Below, piece by piece: positions 10,197-19,963 of a stretch of 64,000 bases of DNA. The notes below the pieces were generated by a model, which was given only the letters and a program-made list of their open reading frames with translations, was not told the DNA's origin and searched no databases. This stretch comes from Candidatus Doudnabacteria bacterium. Lineage in GTDB: Bacteria; Patescibacteriota; Doudnabacteria; UBA920. The stretch spans positions 5,272 through 69,271 of the forward strand of contig JARLHZ010000004.1 in assembly GCA_031291995.1 (NCBI GenBank), in the 5' to 3' direction. Within the stretch, counting starts at the first letter, position 1. Each line of letters starts with the position of its first letter. The translations under genes were made by a program, and so were the position numbers.

Positions 10197-10837
10197 CATT
10201 TTTTTAGTACCGCTTCATCGCCCGCCGTGATGTTGTTTTTTTTCGCCCACCCGGCATTTACTTCCACCACCCAATTGACCGGCGACGGGGGATAGTAAAC
10301 CGGGAGGCGCGAGTTGCAGCTTTCAACCGATAAGTTACAAATCGCGGGAGCGGGGACATCGGGAGTTACGCCTGTAACTTTTCCGTCCGCAATCCAAATA
10401 AAATCCAAATTAAATTTCATATCCTTCATCCAAAATCCGGTCATTTGCGCCGAGCCAAAATCAAACAGCATGCCCTGGCCTGTGGCCATGGAAATTCTGT
10501 CCGATAAACCTTGTTGCTGCTCCGCCGGCGTGTTCGCAATTTCCACATTCAAATTTTGTGAACCAATTTGCAATCGATGAGAGTAACTATATGGCTGAGC
10601 CGAAACCGGAGCAGAGGATAATATCTGCTGATTGCATCCCGCGGCCAAGACAGCCGTAAAAAAAATTAAAGCCAATAGTTTGAGTAAACGATTATTATTA
10701 AATGTGTCATCCCGACCCGCCGTCGCCAAGGCTTTGGCGGGCAAGCCGACATCATTATGAGCATGGGTCAGGCGAAGCCCTGAGCGGAGCGAAGGGGATC
10801 CCTTATGTGTAGAAATCGCAAATAATTTTATTTTCAT
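10196..10837 (-). CDS. DUF192-family putative lipoprotein
   Basis: EIANTPAEQQQGLS, GMLFDF, FWMKDMKFNLDFIW and VVEVNAGW motifs; lipobox LAAGC. Start set at MKIKLF. Confidence 0.85.
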   Translation of the reverse strand: MKIKLFAISTHKGSPSLRSGLRLTHAHNDVGLPAKALATAGRDDTFNNNRLLKLLALIFFTAVLAAGCNQQILSSAPVSAQPYSYSHRLQIGSQNLNVEIANTPAEQQQGLSDRISMATGQGMLFDFGSAQMTGFWMKDMKFNLDFIWIADGKVTGVTPDVPAPAICNLSVESCNSRLPVYYPPSPVNWVVEVNAGWAKKNNITAGDEAVLKK

Positions 10838-11016
10838 CTCTAAATCATACCAAGTCCTCAAACCTATTGCAAAATTTATCCGGATGTGCTATAATAAGAA
10901 TGTAAAAGGTAAAAGTTCGCTTAGAAATCAAAACAAAACACAATTTAATAACATCAAATCGGAGGCCAATAATTTAGGCCGATTTGTATTGTGAAACAAA
11001 ATTAAAATCCAATATT

Positions 11017-11454
11017 ATGAGGCATTATCACATGAGCCGAATTCTATATACTTTCATGGTAGCTTTGTTGTTAACTACCGCGGCCGTTTTTGTTTTGTAT
11101 TCGCAGGCGTTACCCGCAAAAGCGCTGCCGGTGTTTGTTCCTTATGGAGGCTTCGTAATTGCCGGCCCCTTGGCTGCCCAGAGTATTATTTGTCCGGAAT
11201 ATTCACTTGTAAATAATGTCGATTTGGAAAACGGTCTCGGGCCGGTTATTGGTATTGCCATCCCTGTCACGCCGCCGGCGCCGACTTATGATTTCAACGA
11301 TATATTTACACCCGGTAATCCTTTAGTGGGTGGCGTTCTGCCGACCCCCTGTGCGGTGGGCCTCGGAGGCGTCCAGGTTTATCCTATATTTTTTGACGCT
11401 CCGGACGGCCCGTTTTATTTGACCGGTACGGGCGGAATTCCGGGAACATATTAA
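11017..11454 (+). CDS. Hypothetical secreted protein
   Basis: Hydrophobic signal-like N-terminus; first gene of a tight co-directional run. Start uncertain. Confidence 0.6.
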   Translation: MRHYHMSRILYTFMVALLLTTAAVFVLYSQALPAKALPVFVPYGGFVIAGPLAAQSIICPEYSLVNNVDLENGLGPVIGIAIPVTPPAPTYDFNDIFTPGNPLVGGVLPTPCAVGLGGVQVYPIFFDAPDGPFYLTGTGGIPGTY

Positions 11455-11464
11455 AAAAACAAAT

Positions 11465-12331
11465 ATGGAAATTTCAAATCAGGAAGCTCAATCTGTTTCT
11501 CCTCAATCAATACAGTGGGGGCATTTTGGCATAATTATGTTTGCCGTAATTTTGCTTTTTGGCGCGGCGTACTTGGAAAAGCCCCAGCTGTTTGATTTTC
11601 ACAAAGCGCAAACCCTTGCCGAGGCCGGCTTGCCGCATTATGTTCCTTATGTTCCCTCGGCGGAAGACTTGCCTCAGCCGGCCGTGCTGGGGGCAAGCAC
11701 CGACCAGGGTCCGCAAATAATAGGGGACGACGGAAAAGTCGCCCCGGTAAACGTTGGACAAGTCTTGGGCGCCAGCACCCAGGGGGTTCAACTTTCTTTA
11801 AGCGATATTAAAGTAAATTCCATTCCCGACTCCGCGGGGTCAGTTAAACAATATTTTATCGATACGCAAGCCATAGAATCAAATGTTATTAGTAATAATG
11901 ATTTTGCAGGAGCTATAAACTCCGGAGACCAAGGGCAAATAAATATTCAGGCGCAAAAAATTTCCGGCTTGTTAGCCGCATTGCAGAAATTACCCGTTCC
12001 CCAGAGCCTTATAAAACTGCAGCAATTAAAAATCGTCCAGTATAATTCCACGATCGCTCTGCTGCAGAATTTTACGAAAGCCGATGAAAACCCCGACCAA
12101 ATTAGTGCCGATCTTCAGCAGTTTTTAAAGAGCCAGCAGGACTTGGATAATGAAAATATCGCGGTGGCGCAAAAATTTCCTCAGGACGACCCACAGTCGG
12201 CGTTGTATCTTAATGCTGACGGCTCCCCGGCTGTTTCGCAATCCACCATTGACAACTTTGGTTCCAGCGCGGTCACGCCAAGCCAAGTTTCCAGCTTAAC
12301 GAATTTAGACAACAGCGATGCGGGCCAATAA
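11465..12331 (+). CDS. Hypothetical membrane-anchored protein
   Basis: 288-aa ORF, one TM helix, two 'VLGAST' motifs typical of CPR surface proteins. Confidence 0.7.
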   Translation: MEISNQEAQSVSPQSIQWGHFGIIMFAVILLFGAAYLEKPQLFDFHKAQTLAEAGLPHYVPYVPSAEDLPQPAVLGASTDQGPQIIGDDGKVAPVNVGQVLGASTQGVQLSLSDIKVNSIPDSAGSVKQYFIDTQAIESNVISNNDFAGAINSGDQGQINIQAQKISGLLAALQKLPVPQSLIKLQQLKIVQYNSTIALLQNFTKADENPDQISADLQQFLKSQQDLDNENIAVAQKFPQDDPQSALYLNADGSPAVSQSTIDNFGSSAVTPSQVSSLTNLDNSDAGQ

Positions 12332-14276
12332 CGTCAAAAAAATAATTGCAGCGGCTTTAATTTTCAGCCAAATGGTTTTGATGCCGGGCTTGGCTTTTGC
12401 TTTGCCCCTTAGCGGTACCGGTACAGCTGCCGGGGCGGTCAATCCTGTGCCGATTAATGACAGCGGGTCGGTCGTCGGAAATACCGCATTTGATATTGCT
12501 TTAAAAGCAATTTTAACTTTAAATCCCGAATCCCTGGCGGTTTGCGATACTACACTGCAGGGATTCGAAAAAACGGATACTGTAACGCAGGTTGGGTTTT
12601 CTTTTTCTGCGATTATCGGTGGAGGAAATCTTTTGGCCGCGCAGTATGCCAAGGAGATTACCGCATACACCGCATATTTGGCGTGTCTTGAAGGCGATCC
12701 GACCTTGGGTTTTACGCCGGGCGTGCTCCCTGCTTTACAAGCTTTAACATCGCCAAACATTTATACCGCAAGCGTCAAGGAACAATATATTACTAAGGTT
12801 AACGCGAGTATTGAAGCCTATACCGCTAAATTGAACAGCGCCATTGCTAAATACAATGTTGCCAGCCAAAACATCTGGAAAGCCTTTTTAATTACCGTTC
12901 TTCTTCAAACCACGAAAGTCGTGGCTGACCAGTTGGTAAACAAGTTGGTGAATAATTTTAAAATTGCCAATATCAAAGCTTATACCGATTCGGTCGCGAC
13001 TTTAATGTATGACAACCAGTTTATTCGGGACAATTTTCCCGACAACCAGGGCCAGCTTATGGCCAGGGCTATTTTAACTAATCCGGCGTTCCGATTCCAG
13101 GTGCCGCCCGGGATTTACGTTCAAGCGGACACGGCTTTGGGTTATGCGACCTTGAATCCGGACGATCCCTATTTTTACAGCGACCTGGCCAAAGCCGGCT
13201 TTGCGGCTACGAATCCCTATTATTTACATACGACTTACGTAGGCGGTGTTGATCAATCTCATGGTTCGGCGCTGGCTTCGGCCAAGACTTTTATTTCCCA
13301 GGGCACCGGCTATAAAGCGCCGGTTAATTGCGCGGGCAGTCTGGCCCAGCAGCAGCAAATAGACACCGCGACCAAAGCCGCATCAGATCAGTTGGCTAAT
13401 AGAGCGGCATTGCTTCAAAGTTTGCAAAATGCCAGAAGTACCATGACTAATTTTACCACTGCGCAAATTCAGCAGATGGATAGCGACATAGCCAAAGCCC
13501 AGGCCGATTATAATACTGCGCTGGCCGCGTGGAATAATTTGCCATTTACCGTGACTGGTAATAATAGTGTTAGCAATTCAGCCGTGGGCGGCGGTAATAA
13601 CACCGAAGGCACCGCGGCTATTGTTATGTGCGAGGCTATTAATTCCCCGGCCGTGTTAGTCAATCAGGGTATAGATGCCATGTTTAAATCTTTAAACCTT
13701 GGCCAGTATACCCCCAACAACTTGCCCGGTTTCTTAAAGGCAATGGCTGGTATCGCAACACAAATCGGTTCCAGTATGGTTATGGGCGGCATTACCGGTC
13801 ACGCCGTAAATATAAATGAAAATATGGCTGCGGGCGCGGCGGTTTCCGTCACCCAAGCGGCGACCATTCAAACACTAAACAACAACACCGAAAGTAATAT
13901 GGCAAAGGGGATAGATCTTGAAGCTTACCCCAACTCGGGTGTAACCAACGGGTATACTTTAACCTGGACGGTTATGACGACTCAAATCGGGACCGCCAGT
14001 TATGCGGCGATTACCGGGCCGGGGGTAGTGGGTACTACGACAAGGCTGCCGCTCAGCGGGAGCATGCAAGTAGTTTCGCCGACGGGCGGCAATTATACAC
14101 TGACTGTATTTGATTCTTCCGGTAAACCACTGATTACCGCCGTAGCCACTGCCACACCGCAGCAGACCGCGTACAATAATAATGCAAACTCGCCAACCGT
14201 GGCCGGCGCGTTTACCAACCAGCCGGTAATTCTGCCCAGAGGCCTGGTGCCCGTATTTGCTCCGAGAGGGGAATAG
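12318..14276 (+). CDS. Hypothetical secreted protein with coiled-coil segments
   Basis: 652-aa ORF with signal peptide; overlaps the upstream stop codon. Confidence 0.75.
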   Translation: MRANNVKKIIAAALIFSQMVLMPGLAFALPLSGTGTAAGAVNPVPINDSGSVVGNTAFDIALKAILTLNPESLAVCDTTLQGFEKTDTVTQVGFSFSAIIGGGNLLAAQYAKEITAYTAYLACLEGDPTLGFTPGVLPALQALTSPNIYTASVKEQYITKVNASIEAYTAKLNSAIAKYNVASQNIWKAFLITVLLQTTKVVADQLVNKLVNNFKIANIKAYTDSVATLMYDNQFIRDNFPDNQGQLMARAILTNPAFRFQVPPGIYVQADTALGYATLNPDDPYFYSDLAKAGFAATNPYYLHTTYVGGVDQSHGSALASAKTFISQGTGYKAPVNCAGSLAQQQQIDTATKAASDQLANRAALLQSLQNARSTMTNFTTAQIQQMDSDIAKAQADYNTALAAWNNLPFTVTGNNSVSNSAVGGGNNTEGTAAIVMCEAINSPAVLVNQGIDAMFKSLNLGQYTPNNLPGFLKAMAGIATQIGSSMVMGGITGHAVNINENMAAGAAVSVTQAATIQTLNNNTESNMAKGIDLEAYPNSGVTNGYTLTWTVMTTQIGTASYAAITGPGVVGTTTRLPLSGSMQVVSPTGGNYTLTVFDSSGKPLITAVATATPQQTAYNNNANSPTVAGAFTNQPVILPRGLVPVFAPRGE

Positions 14277-14320
14277 TATTCGCTTTTCAATCGACCGTTT
14301 AGAAAAACAAAAATTAGGAG

Positions 14321-14354
14321 ATCAAAAAACCATCATCAAAGATGGTTTTTTGAT
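14321..14354 (+). terminator. Intrinsic terminator
   Basis: ATCAAAAAACCATC-loop-GATGGTTTTTTGAT. Confidence 0.7.
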
Positions 14355-14480
14355 AGTCACGGGTCTGCCGCCGAATATTTATGCTTAACGCGTTAGGCCT
14401 GACCCGGATAGTTATTTGCACTATAATTTGCATCCATCGGTTGCAAATAATTTCAATAAGCGTAAACTGTAGATAGCCAT

Positions 14481-14520
14481 TTGGTAGACAAAACGTGCGG
14501 CCGCACGTTTTGTCTACCAA
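14481..14520. repeat. Perfect 40-bp palindrome, copy 1
   Basis: TTGGTAGACAAAACGTGCGGCCGCACGTTTTGTCTACCAA is its own reverse complement. Confidence 0.97.
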
Positions 14521-14564
14521 TATCAAATAAAAATTATTACAAGTAGTCTTAAAAATAAAGTTTC

Positions 14565-14655
14565 GTCATCCCCGGCTTGACCGGGGATCCAGAATTGTTC
14601 TTACTTGCTTGACTTGGATTCCTCCGTCCGCCTTAGGCGGGAGGACGGGAATGAC
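14565..14655. repeat. REP/REPIN-like GTCAT...ATGAC element
   Basis: GTCATCCCCGGCTTGACCGGGGATCCA ... TGGATTCC...GGGAATGAC; nested in an outer IR (14541-14558 / 14672-14690). Confidence 0.8.
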
Positions 14656-14717
14656 GTAAAGTGGTCAAAGGTTATTTTTTAAGATAGCTTCTAAGATAAA
14701 AATTAAATTTTACTTTT

Positions 14718-15251
14718 ATGCCGAAAAAAGATTCGACCGCGGTAAATGAAGTTTTATTTTGGCTGTACGAGACGGGGAAGCTTTTGTCCGTAATTTTCGC
14801 GTCCAAGCACGAATGGAAAAGGCGGATGTGGAATCATACCTGGGGGAACTACAACAATTATAAATCCACGGTTTACCATATGCGGGAACAGGGGCTGGTG
14901 GAAATCGTGTCCAAAGATGGCTTAAGGTTTTTAAAACTTACGTCCAAAGGGCAAATGGAAGCATTGCTGGCCAAAGCAAAAGTCGTTAAGCGAGCAGTTT
15001 GGGATAAAAAATGGCGGGTGCTGATTTTTGACATCCCGGAAGACGCCAAATTGCAGAGGAACCAATTCAGGCGTCTGTTAAAAAGAAATGAATTTAAAAA
15101 ATTGCAGGCCAGCGTTTATGTAAACCCCTACCCGTTTAACCGCGAGGCAATTGAATATTTAAAAGAATCAGGTTTAATAAAGTACATTCGGATTTTAAAA
15201 GTTGAAGAAATGGACAGTGATGCCGATTTGCGTAAGATGTTTAATATATAG
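14718..15251 (+). CDS. PaaX-like protein (wHTH plus Cas2-like ferredoxin domain)
   Basis: wHTH-like 'GLVE...LKLTSKG' followed by WDKKWRVLIFDIPE...LQASVYV. Confidence 0.85.
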   Translation: MPKKDSTAVNEVLFWLYETGKLLSVIFASKHEWKRRMWNHTWGNYNNYKSTVYHMREQGLVEIVSKDGLRFLKLTSKGQMEALLAKAKVVKRAVWDKKWRVLIFDIPEDAKLQRNQFRRLLKRNEFKKLQASVYVNPYPFNREAIEYLKESGLIKYIRILKVEEMDSDADLRKMFNI

Positions 15252-15324
15252 GACTTACTTCTTTCAAAGCGGAACACATTTTTTAATGAGCTTCTGATAC
15301 TAGTCAAATAATCTAAAAATAAAA

Positions 15325-15364
15325 TTGGTAGACAAAACGCGCGGCCGCACGTTTTGTCTACCAA
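15325..15364. repeat. 40-bp palindrome, copy 2 (one substitution)
   Basis: TTGGTAGACAAAACGCGCGGCCGCACGTTTTGTCTACCAA; begins a ~150-bp unit repeated at 15732-15880. Confidence 0.95.
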
Positions 15365-15512
15365 AGACAAGAGTTGTATTTTTATATTTATAGGCGATAT
15401 TGGCGAATGGCGCGGGTGGTGTGGCGTGGCAAATCAAATCGGATATTCTGAAGGCAATTTCGGTTTTAATCGACACTATTCCCCGGAGCCCCACTCCAGG
15501 GTTAACAATTAT

Positions 15513-15561
15513 GTCATCCCGGAATTTTTCAGGGCTGTGAAAAATATCCGGGATCCAGTCA
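15513..15561. repeat. REP-like element (GTCATCCCGG...CCGGGATCCAGTCA)
   Basis: Related copy in the opposite orientation at 53017-53081. Confidence 0.75.
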
Positions 15562-15731
15562 GGGCGGCATTCTGGATCCCGGCTCTCTACCTTCGTCAAG
15601 GCTACGGCAGACAAGTCGGATGTATTCGGCCGAGCTGATACACTAGCTATTTGGACTTGTTACCACGCTGCTCTGCCGCGGGGAGGGCTCATTGAAAATC
15701 TGATGCCAATCTTAATAATCTAGAAAGAAAA

Positions 15732-15771
15732 TTGGTAGACAAAACGTGCGGCCGCACGTTTTGTCTACCAA
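15732..15771. repeat. Perfect 40-bp palindrome, copy 3
   Basis: Identical to copy 1. Confidence 0.97.
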
Positions 15772-15963
15772 AGACAGGTTTTGTTGAAATTATATTTTAT
15801 AGACGATATCGGTGCGTGGCGCGGGTGGTGCGGGGTGGAAAATCGTCCCGGATATTCTAAAGGTAATGTCGGTTTTATCTAATTTTTACCAATACACAAA
15901 ATTGTTCCGTTTCCCGTAGGTTTGCCGGACTATATTTTGACTTTAATTCACAAGTTTGCCGAG

Positions 15964-16107
15964 GTTACTTCCCACTGGCCCTGTGTCATTGCGAGGAAAC
16001 AAGGGCTTTGACTTATTTCCGAAGCAATCTTAGAGAGACAATAAGATTGCTTCGTCGGCTGCACTCCTCGCAATGACACAACAATTCAATACCCAGTGGG
16101 CAGTAAC
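15964..16107. mobile_element. 144-bp MITE with 15-bp terminal IRs and 8-bp target-site duplication, containing a REP-like hairpin
   Basis: IRs GTTACTTCCCACTGG / CCAGTGGGCAGTAAC (14/15 match); TTGCCGAG directly repeated at 15956-15963 and 16108-16115; inner TGTGTCATTGCGAG...CTCGCAATGACACA. Confidence 0.8.
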
Positions 16108-16170
16108 TTGCCGAGTATTTTGTGATTTTTGGGGAATGTGGTATAATTTTAGTGAAAGTCTTATCCACAA

Positions 16171-19100
16171 ATGGGTGATTTATTAAGATTTAACCACTTG
16201 TTCCAGAAATTAAAATCAAAATTCTTTAAGAAATTACCCCCCGTTCTGTTTATTACTATACTTGCTCTTTCTACTGTGGCAAGCCTTTTTGCGTTACCCA
16301 TTCAGGCAAGTGCCGCGGGGAATACGTATAATTTTAGCGACATGCAGTTTACGGAAACCGTTCAAATTTGTAGCGGACCGACCGGACCATGCAGCAACAG
16401 TAATTTTATAAGAGTGGCTCAAAATCAGGATTTTTATGTTCAAGTTACCATAGCGGTTACGGGTTTAACCAACACTGCACATCAAACGGTAAACAGCCTT
16501 GACTTTAGTAATGATGAAATTTATGTTCCAGGTTGGACTAATACTAACTTAAACATTAGCGGTGTTGGGCCTAGTTTTGTTGCAAAAGTCACTCAGCAGC
16601 AGGCTCAGGTAATTCAACAAAAAATAGCGGCCGGCGCTGACCCTTCAACTATAGCCGGAGTTCCGTGTTACACAGAATCTATTACCACTACAGGAGGGGT
16701 GGCTACAAAGGGCGTGGCAGTTCTTGGTGGTACGGCTTTGTTTGTCGGAACAGCCGCGGCTACTGGAGGAGCCAGTGTTGTGGTGTACGGGTTGGCAACC
16801 GCGGCAGCCGCTGGTGGGGCAGCGTCAACTGTGGGTTGGGCTGCAATAAGTGGCACTAATTCCGTTACGAAGTGTGATGGGCCTGTCAGGCCATCGCCCC
16901 AAGGCAGCGGAACTGTGAATGTTGGAAGTAACGTATATCAGCAAATAATTGCGGTTCCTTCTACAAGTTTTTCCAATTTGGGCATTTCGCAACAGGCTAA
17001 TTCTGCCAATAATGCGAGTACAGAGCCGGTAAATGAATTGTATGTTGTACCCGATGTTTATTACAGCACTTTGGCCAGCTCGCTAGGAAATTTTTTCACT
17101 GGCACGACTGGATCGTTTATTTCGGCAGCTGGAGCTGGCAAAAGTATCTATGTCCAGCTTTATGACAACCAAACAGACCTGACTGCCCATTTGAATGACG
17201 CTGTTCCCGGTTCGGTGCCGAATAACGGATCAAATACCGGCTCCGGACAAAATGTAAACGGGGGCGGAGGTGGTAATCCGATTACCAATTTTTTAACGGA
17301 GATTATCGGGGTAATCTTGGGAATTTTCCAGGAAATAATCTTTGCCATTTTTTCTTTCCTTGTTGCGCCACTGCTTCAGGCCTTACTAAGCATCCAAGCT
17401 TATAAAGATACTTTTGTAGCGGTTATTTATCCCGGTTGGATTGTCATTCGCAACCTTTGCGACATTATGTTTATTGTGGCGCTTATTGTTATTGCCATGG
17501 CCACACTGTTCCGCATAGATAGCTATCAGTACAAACATTTGCTGGTACAGCTAATCATTGCAGCTTTATTAATCAATTTCAGTTTGGTGGTTGGCCAAGC
17601 GGTCTTAGGAATTGCCGACACTGTACAGGCACAATTTTTGCCTGCTAACGTTACCGTGATTAAATCCCTTGCCGGCGATTTGATGGTCAATAATTGGCGT
17701 AAGAGTTTTTTGACAAATGCCGCCCAACAATTATTTAGCGGTTCGTTTTCCGATATAGTTATACCATTTTTCTATTTGGCTTTGTCTTTGGGTAGCTTTA
17801 TGGTTTTTGTGGCCATAGCCGCGTTTTTATTCATTCGGATACTTGCTTTATGGGTATTGTTAATGATTTCACCCGTTGCGTATGTTTGCGGAATTTTACC
17901 TGCCACGGAACATTATCGGACCCAATGGTGGGAGACGTTTTTAAAGTACGCCTTCTTCACACCCATAATGGCATTTTTCTTGAACATGGCCGCTATAATG
18001 TCGAACACTTCCCAGACAACCCCAATTTTACAGCAGGTCAATAGCGCGGCCATAACATCAGCCTTTGGTAATTCCGATGTCGCCACTTTCGTGTTCAAGG
18101 TTGGCAGCAATATATTATTGTTGATTTTTCTAATTGCCGGCCTGATGGTCGCGGACAAATTCAGCATCATCGGCGCCAAACAAGTCTCCGACTTCGCCAC
18201 CAAATACGGCTGGCAAGCGCCGTTTGGGCTTACAGCCATGGGCGCCAAAGCGGGGGGTAATTTGATTCGTAGGAATGTAACAGAAAAAATTGGAGAAAAA
18301 ATCGGCGCGTGGAGCGGGATTGGGCAGAAAAATGAAGATAGAGCTAAGGCAGCAGCTATAAAAGGCAAAATATCCGCAGCTGAATTAGCGAGGCTAGAAG
18401 CGAAAGTTGCTAAGGGGGAGGCTCTAACAGACGAAGAAACAAAGGACATGGCCGCTTTACCTGCTAAAATTGCGCAGGCGGAAAGGATTCATGCGGATGC
18501 GGAAAGAAAACGTAAAAGTGCGGCTCGTCGCAGTGGAGCTTGGAGGGCTTTGTCTTTTTTTGATCCAAAAGTTGTTAGTGAAGCTTGGAAGAAAAGAGAA
18601 CATGAAAAAGAGGCTAAAGCCTATGAGCCAGCTATTGGTTATATGCAGGATACTTTAAATAGAGTTGTTCCTTCGGAATGGTTAAAATCAGGAGATTATC
18701 CAGGCAAGCCAGGTTCCGGAGGTATGGGCAAAAAAACTTTTCATGGTTTAGTAGCCAAGAGAGATCTGATATCAAAGGAAACAAAGGAATTGCAGGAGGG
18801 TGTAAGGACCCGCGATGATGCCTTTAAAATAGCTGATGCGGCGTTCGATTCAAATGATAAACATTTAATACATGCTGCATTGAAAATTCTGCAACATGGA
18901 AACTGGCAAGATGATTATATGAATGCCAGAGGCAGGTTGAGCAAAACTCACTCTATTCTTCGGTACATGAAGGATATGCATCAAATAATGAGTGAAAATA
19001 ACTTTGATGAAGAAGAAGAGCTTGAAGTTTTGGATGATTTGCAGGAAACAGGAGAAGGAGATAATCGCTTTCGGGCTTACGGTTATAGGTGTACTGATGG

Positions 19101-19932
19101 CGATGGTGTAGTCAGGGCGGCTTACGATTTAGAATATTTAGAACACTTACAGCACACAGACCCAGTTGCTTTTAAAAACGCATTAGAAGAATATGCTAAT
19201 AAGTTTATTGCTACTGGGGAAAAAACAAAGATACAACAGTTTACGGATATTGGTAATAAACTTAAGGAGGCGGCAAATAATGGTTCGAGATTTGCTGATA
19301 TAAAGAAAGAGCATTTTGGAGAAGGCGATGATGAAACTTTAGAAGATGCGATAATCCAAAGAAGATTTTTGGATGAGGCTAATATTAAATTGCAAAGAGG
19401 TCAGGCCGGAGGGCATGCAGGAGGTTTGGAAGCCGCAATTTTTGCGGATCAAGATCCAGAAAAAGGATGGCGCAACCTTAACCTTATGGGTATGATGCTG
19501 ATGAATGAGTTGCCACCTACTATATTGCGCGCTTATTTGGGACGCATTCACCAAGGCCAAGCCAGACCTCTAAAAGCTTTTGGTGCCGTTCAGGACGAAC
19601 TCACAGGAAAGTGGCAATTGCCGGAATTTGTCGAAGGGAAGGCCTTAAAAGGTGGAAATGTAAATAAGGGGAGCAACCAAGGTGATGCAGTGCTGAGGTT
19701 GGTAAATGTTTATAAGGCTAATCCAGCCATTTTTACTGAACTTATAGAGAACAAACAGCTTTTTGGAAATGATAATGTTGAAAAGTTTACCGCAGGATTT
19801 AAGGGTTTGATTGCCGCACACCCTGAATATAATATTACCCCAAAGGGATTTGATGAGACCTTACTAAATGCTAAAAAATCTCAACCAGGGTACAGAGCCG
19901 AACCAACAACTGCTCCGCCGCCTACCCCATAA
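16171..19932 (+). CDS. Large VirB6/TrbL-like polytopic membrane protein of the CPR T4SS-like locus
   Basis: Signal peptide; central multi-TM block (GWIVIRNLCD, LIIAALLINFSL, RILALWVLLMISPVAY, WWETFLKYAF); long charged C-terminal tail. Confidence 0.75.
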   Translation: MGDLLRFNHLFQKLKSKFFKKLPPVLFITILALSTVASLFALPIQASAAGNTYNFSDMQFTETVQICSGPTGPCSNSNFIRVAQNQDFYVQVTIAVTGLTNTAHQTVNSLDFSNDEIYVPGWTNTNLNISGVGPSFVAKVTQQQAQVIQQKIAAGADPSTIAGVPCYTESITTTGGVATKGVAVLGGTALFVGTAAATGGASVVVYGLATAAAAGGAASTVGWAAISGTNSVTKCDGPVRPSPQGSGTVNVGSNVYQQIIAVPSTSFSNLGISQQANSANNASTEPVNELYVVPDVYYSTLASSLGNFFTGTTGSFISAAGAGKSIYVQLYDNQTDLTAHLNDAVPGSVPNNGSNTGSGQNVNGGGGGNPITNFLTEIIGVILGIFQEIIFAIFSFLVAPLLQALLSIQAYKDTFVAVIYPGWIVIRNLCDIMFIVALIVIAMATLFRIDSYQYKHLLVQLIIAALLINFSLVVGQAVLGIADTVQAQFLPANVTVIKSLAGDLMVNNWRKSFLTNAAQQLFSGSFSDIVIPFFYLALSLGSFMVFVAIAAFLFIRILALWVLLMISPVAYVCGILPATEHYRTQWWETFLKYAFFTPIMAFFLNMAAIMSNTSQTTPILQQVNSAAITSAFGNSDVATFVFKVGSNILLLIFLIAGLMVADKFSIIGAKQVSDFATKYGWQAPFGLTAMGAKAGGNLIRRNVTEKIGEKIGAWSGIGQKNEDRAKAAAIKGKISAAELARLEAKVAKGEALTDEETKDMAALPAKIAQAERIHADAERKRKSAARRSGAWRALSFFDPKVVSEAWKKREHEKEAKAYEPAIGYMQDTLNRVVPSEWLKSGDYPGKPGSGGMGKKTFHGLVAKRDLISKETKELQEGVRTRDDAFKIADAAFDSNDKHLIHAALKILQHGNWQDDYMNARGRLSKTHSILRYMKDMHQIMSENNFDEEEELEVLDDLQETGEGDNRFRAYGYRCTDGDGVVRAAYDLEYLEHLQHTDPVAFKNALEEYANKFIATGEKTKIQQFTDIGNKLKEAANNGSRFADIKKEHFGEGDDETLEDAIIQRRFLDEANIKLQRGQAGGHAGGLEAAIFADQDPEKGWRNLNLMGMMLMNELPPTILRAYLGRIHQGQARPLKAFGAVQDELTGKWQLPEFVEGKALKGGNVNKGSNQGDAVLRLVNVYKANPAIFTELIENKQLFGNDNVEKFTAGFKGLIAAHPEYNITPKGFDETLLNAKKSQPGYRAEPTTAPPPTP

Positions 19933-19963
19933 CTAAAAACATTAAAGACAAGACAAGAAGCAA

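Noticed and set aside
14314-15638. Short ORFs 14314-14526, 15128-15370, 15300-15614 and 15354-15638
   Set aside because: They are translations of the palindromes and REP elements (LVDKTCGR...), with no protein-like features.
14481-15771. CRISPR array next to a Cas2-like gene
   Set aside because: Repeat starts are 844 and 407 bp apart, one interval contains a gene, and no cas1 or effector is present.
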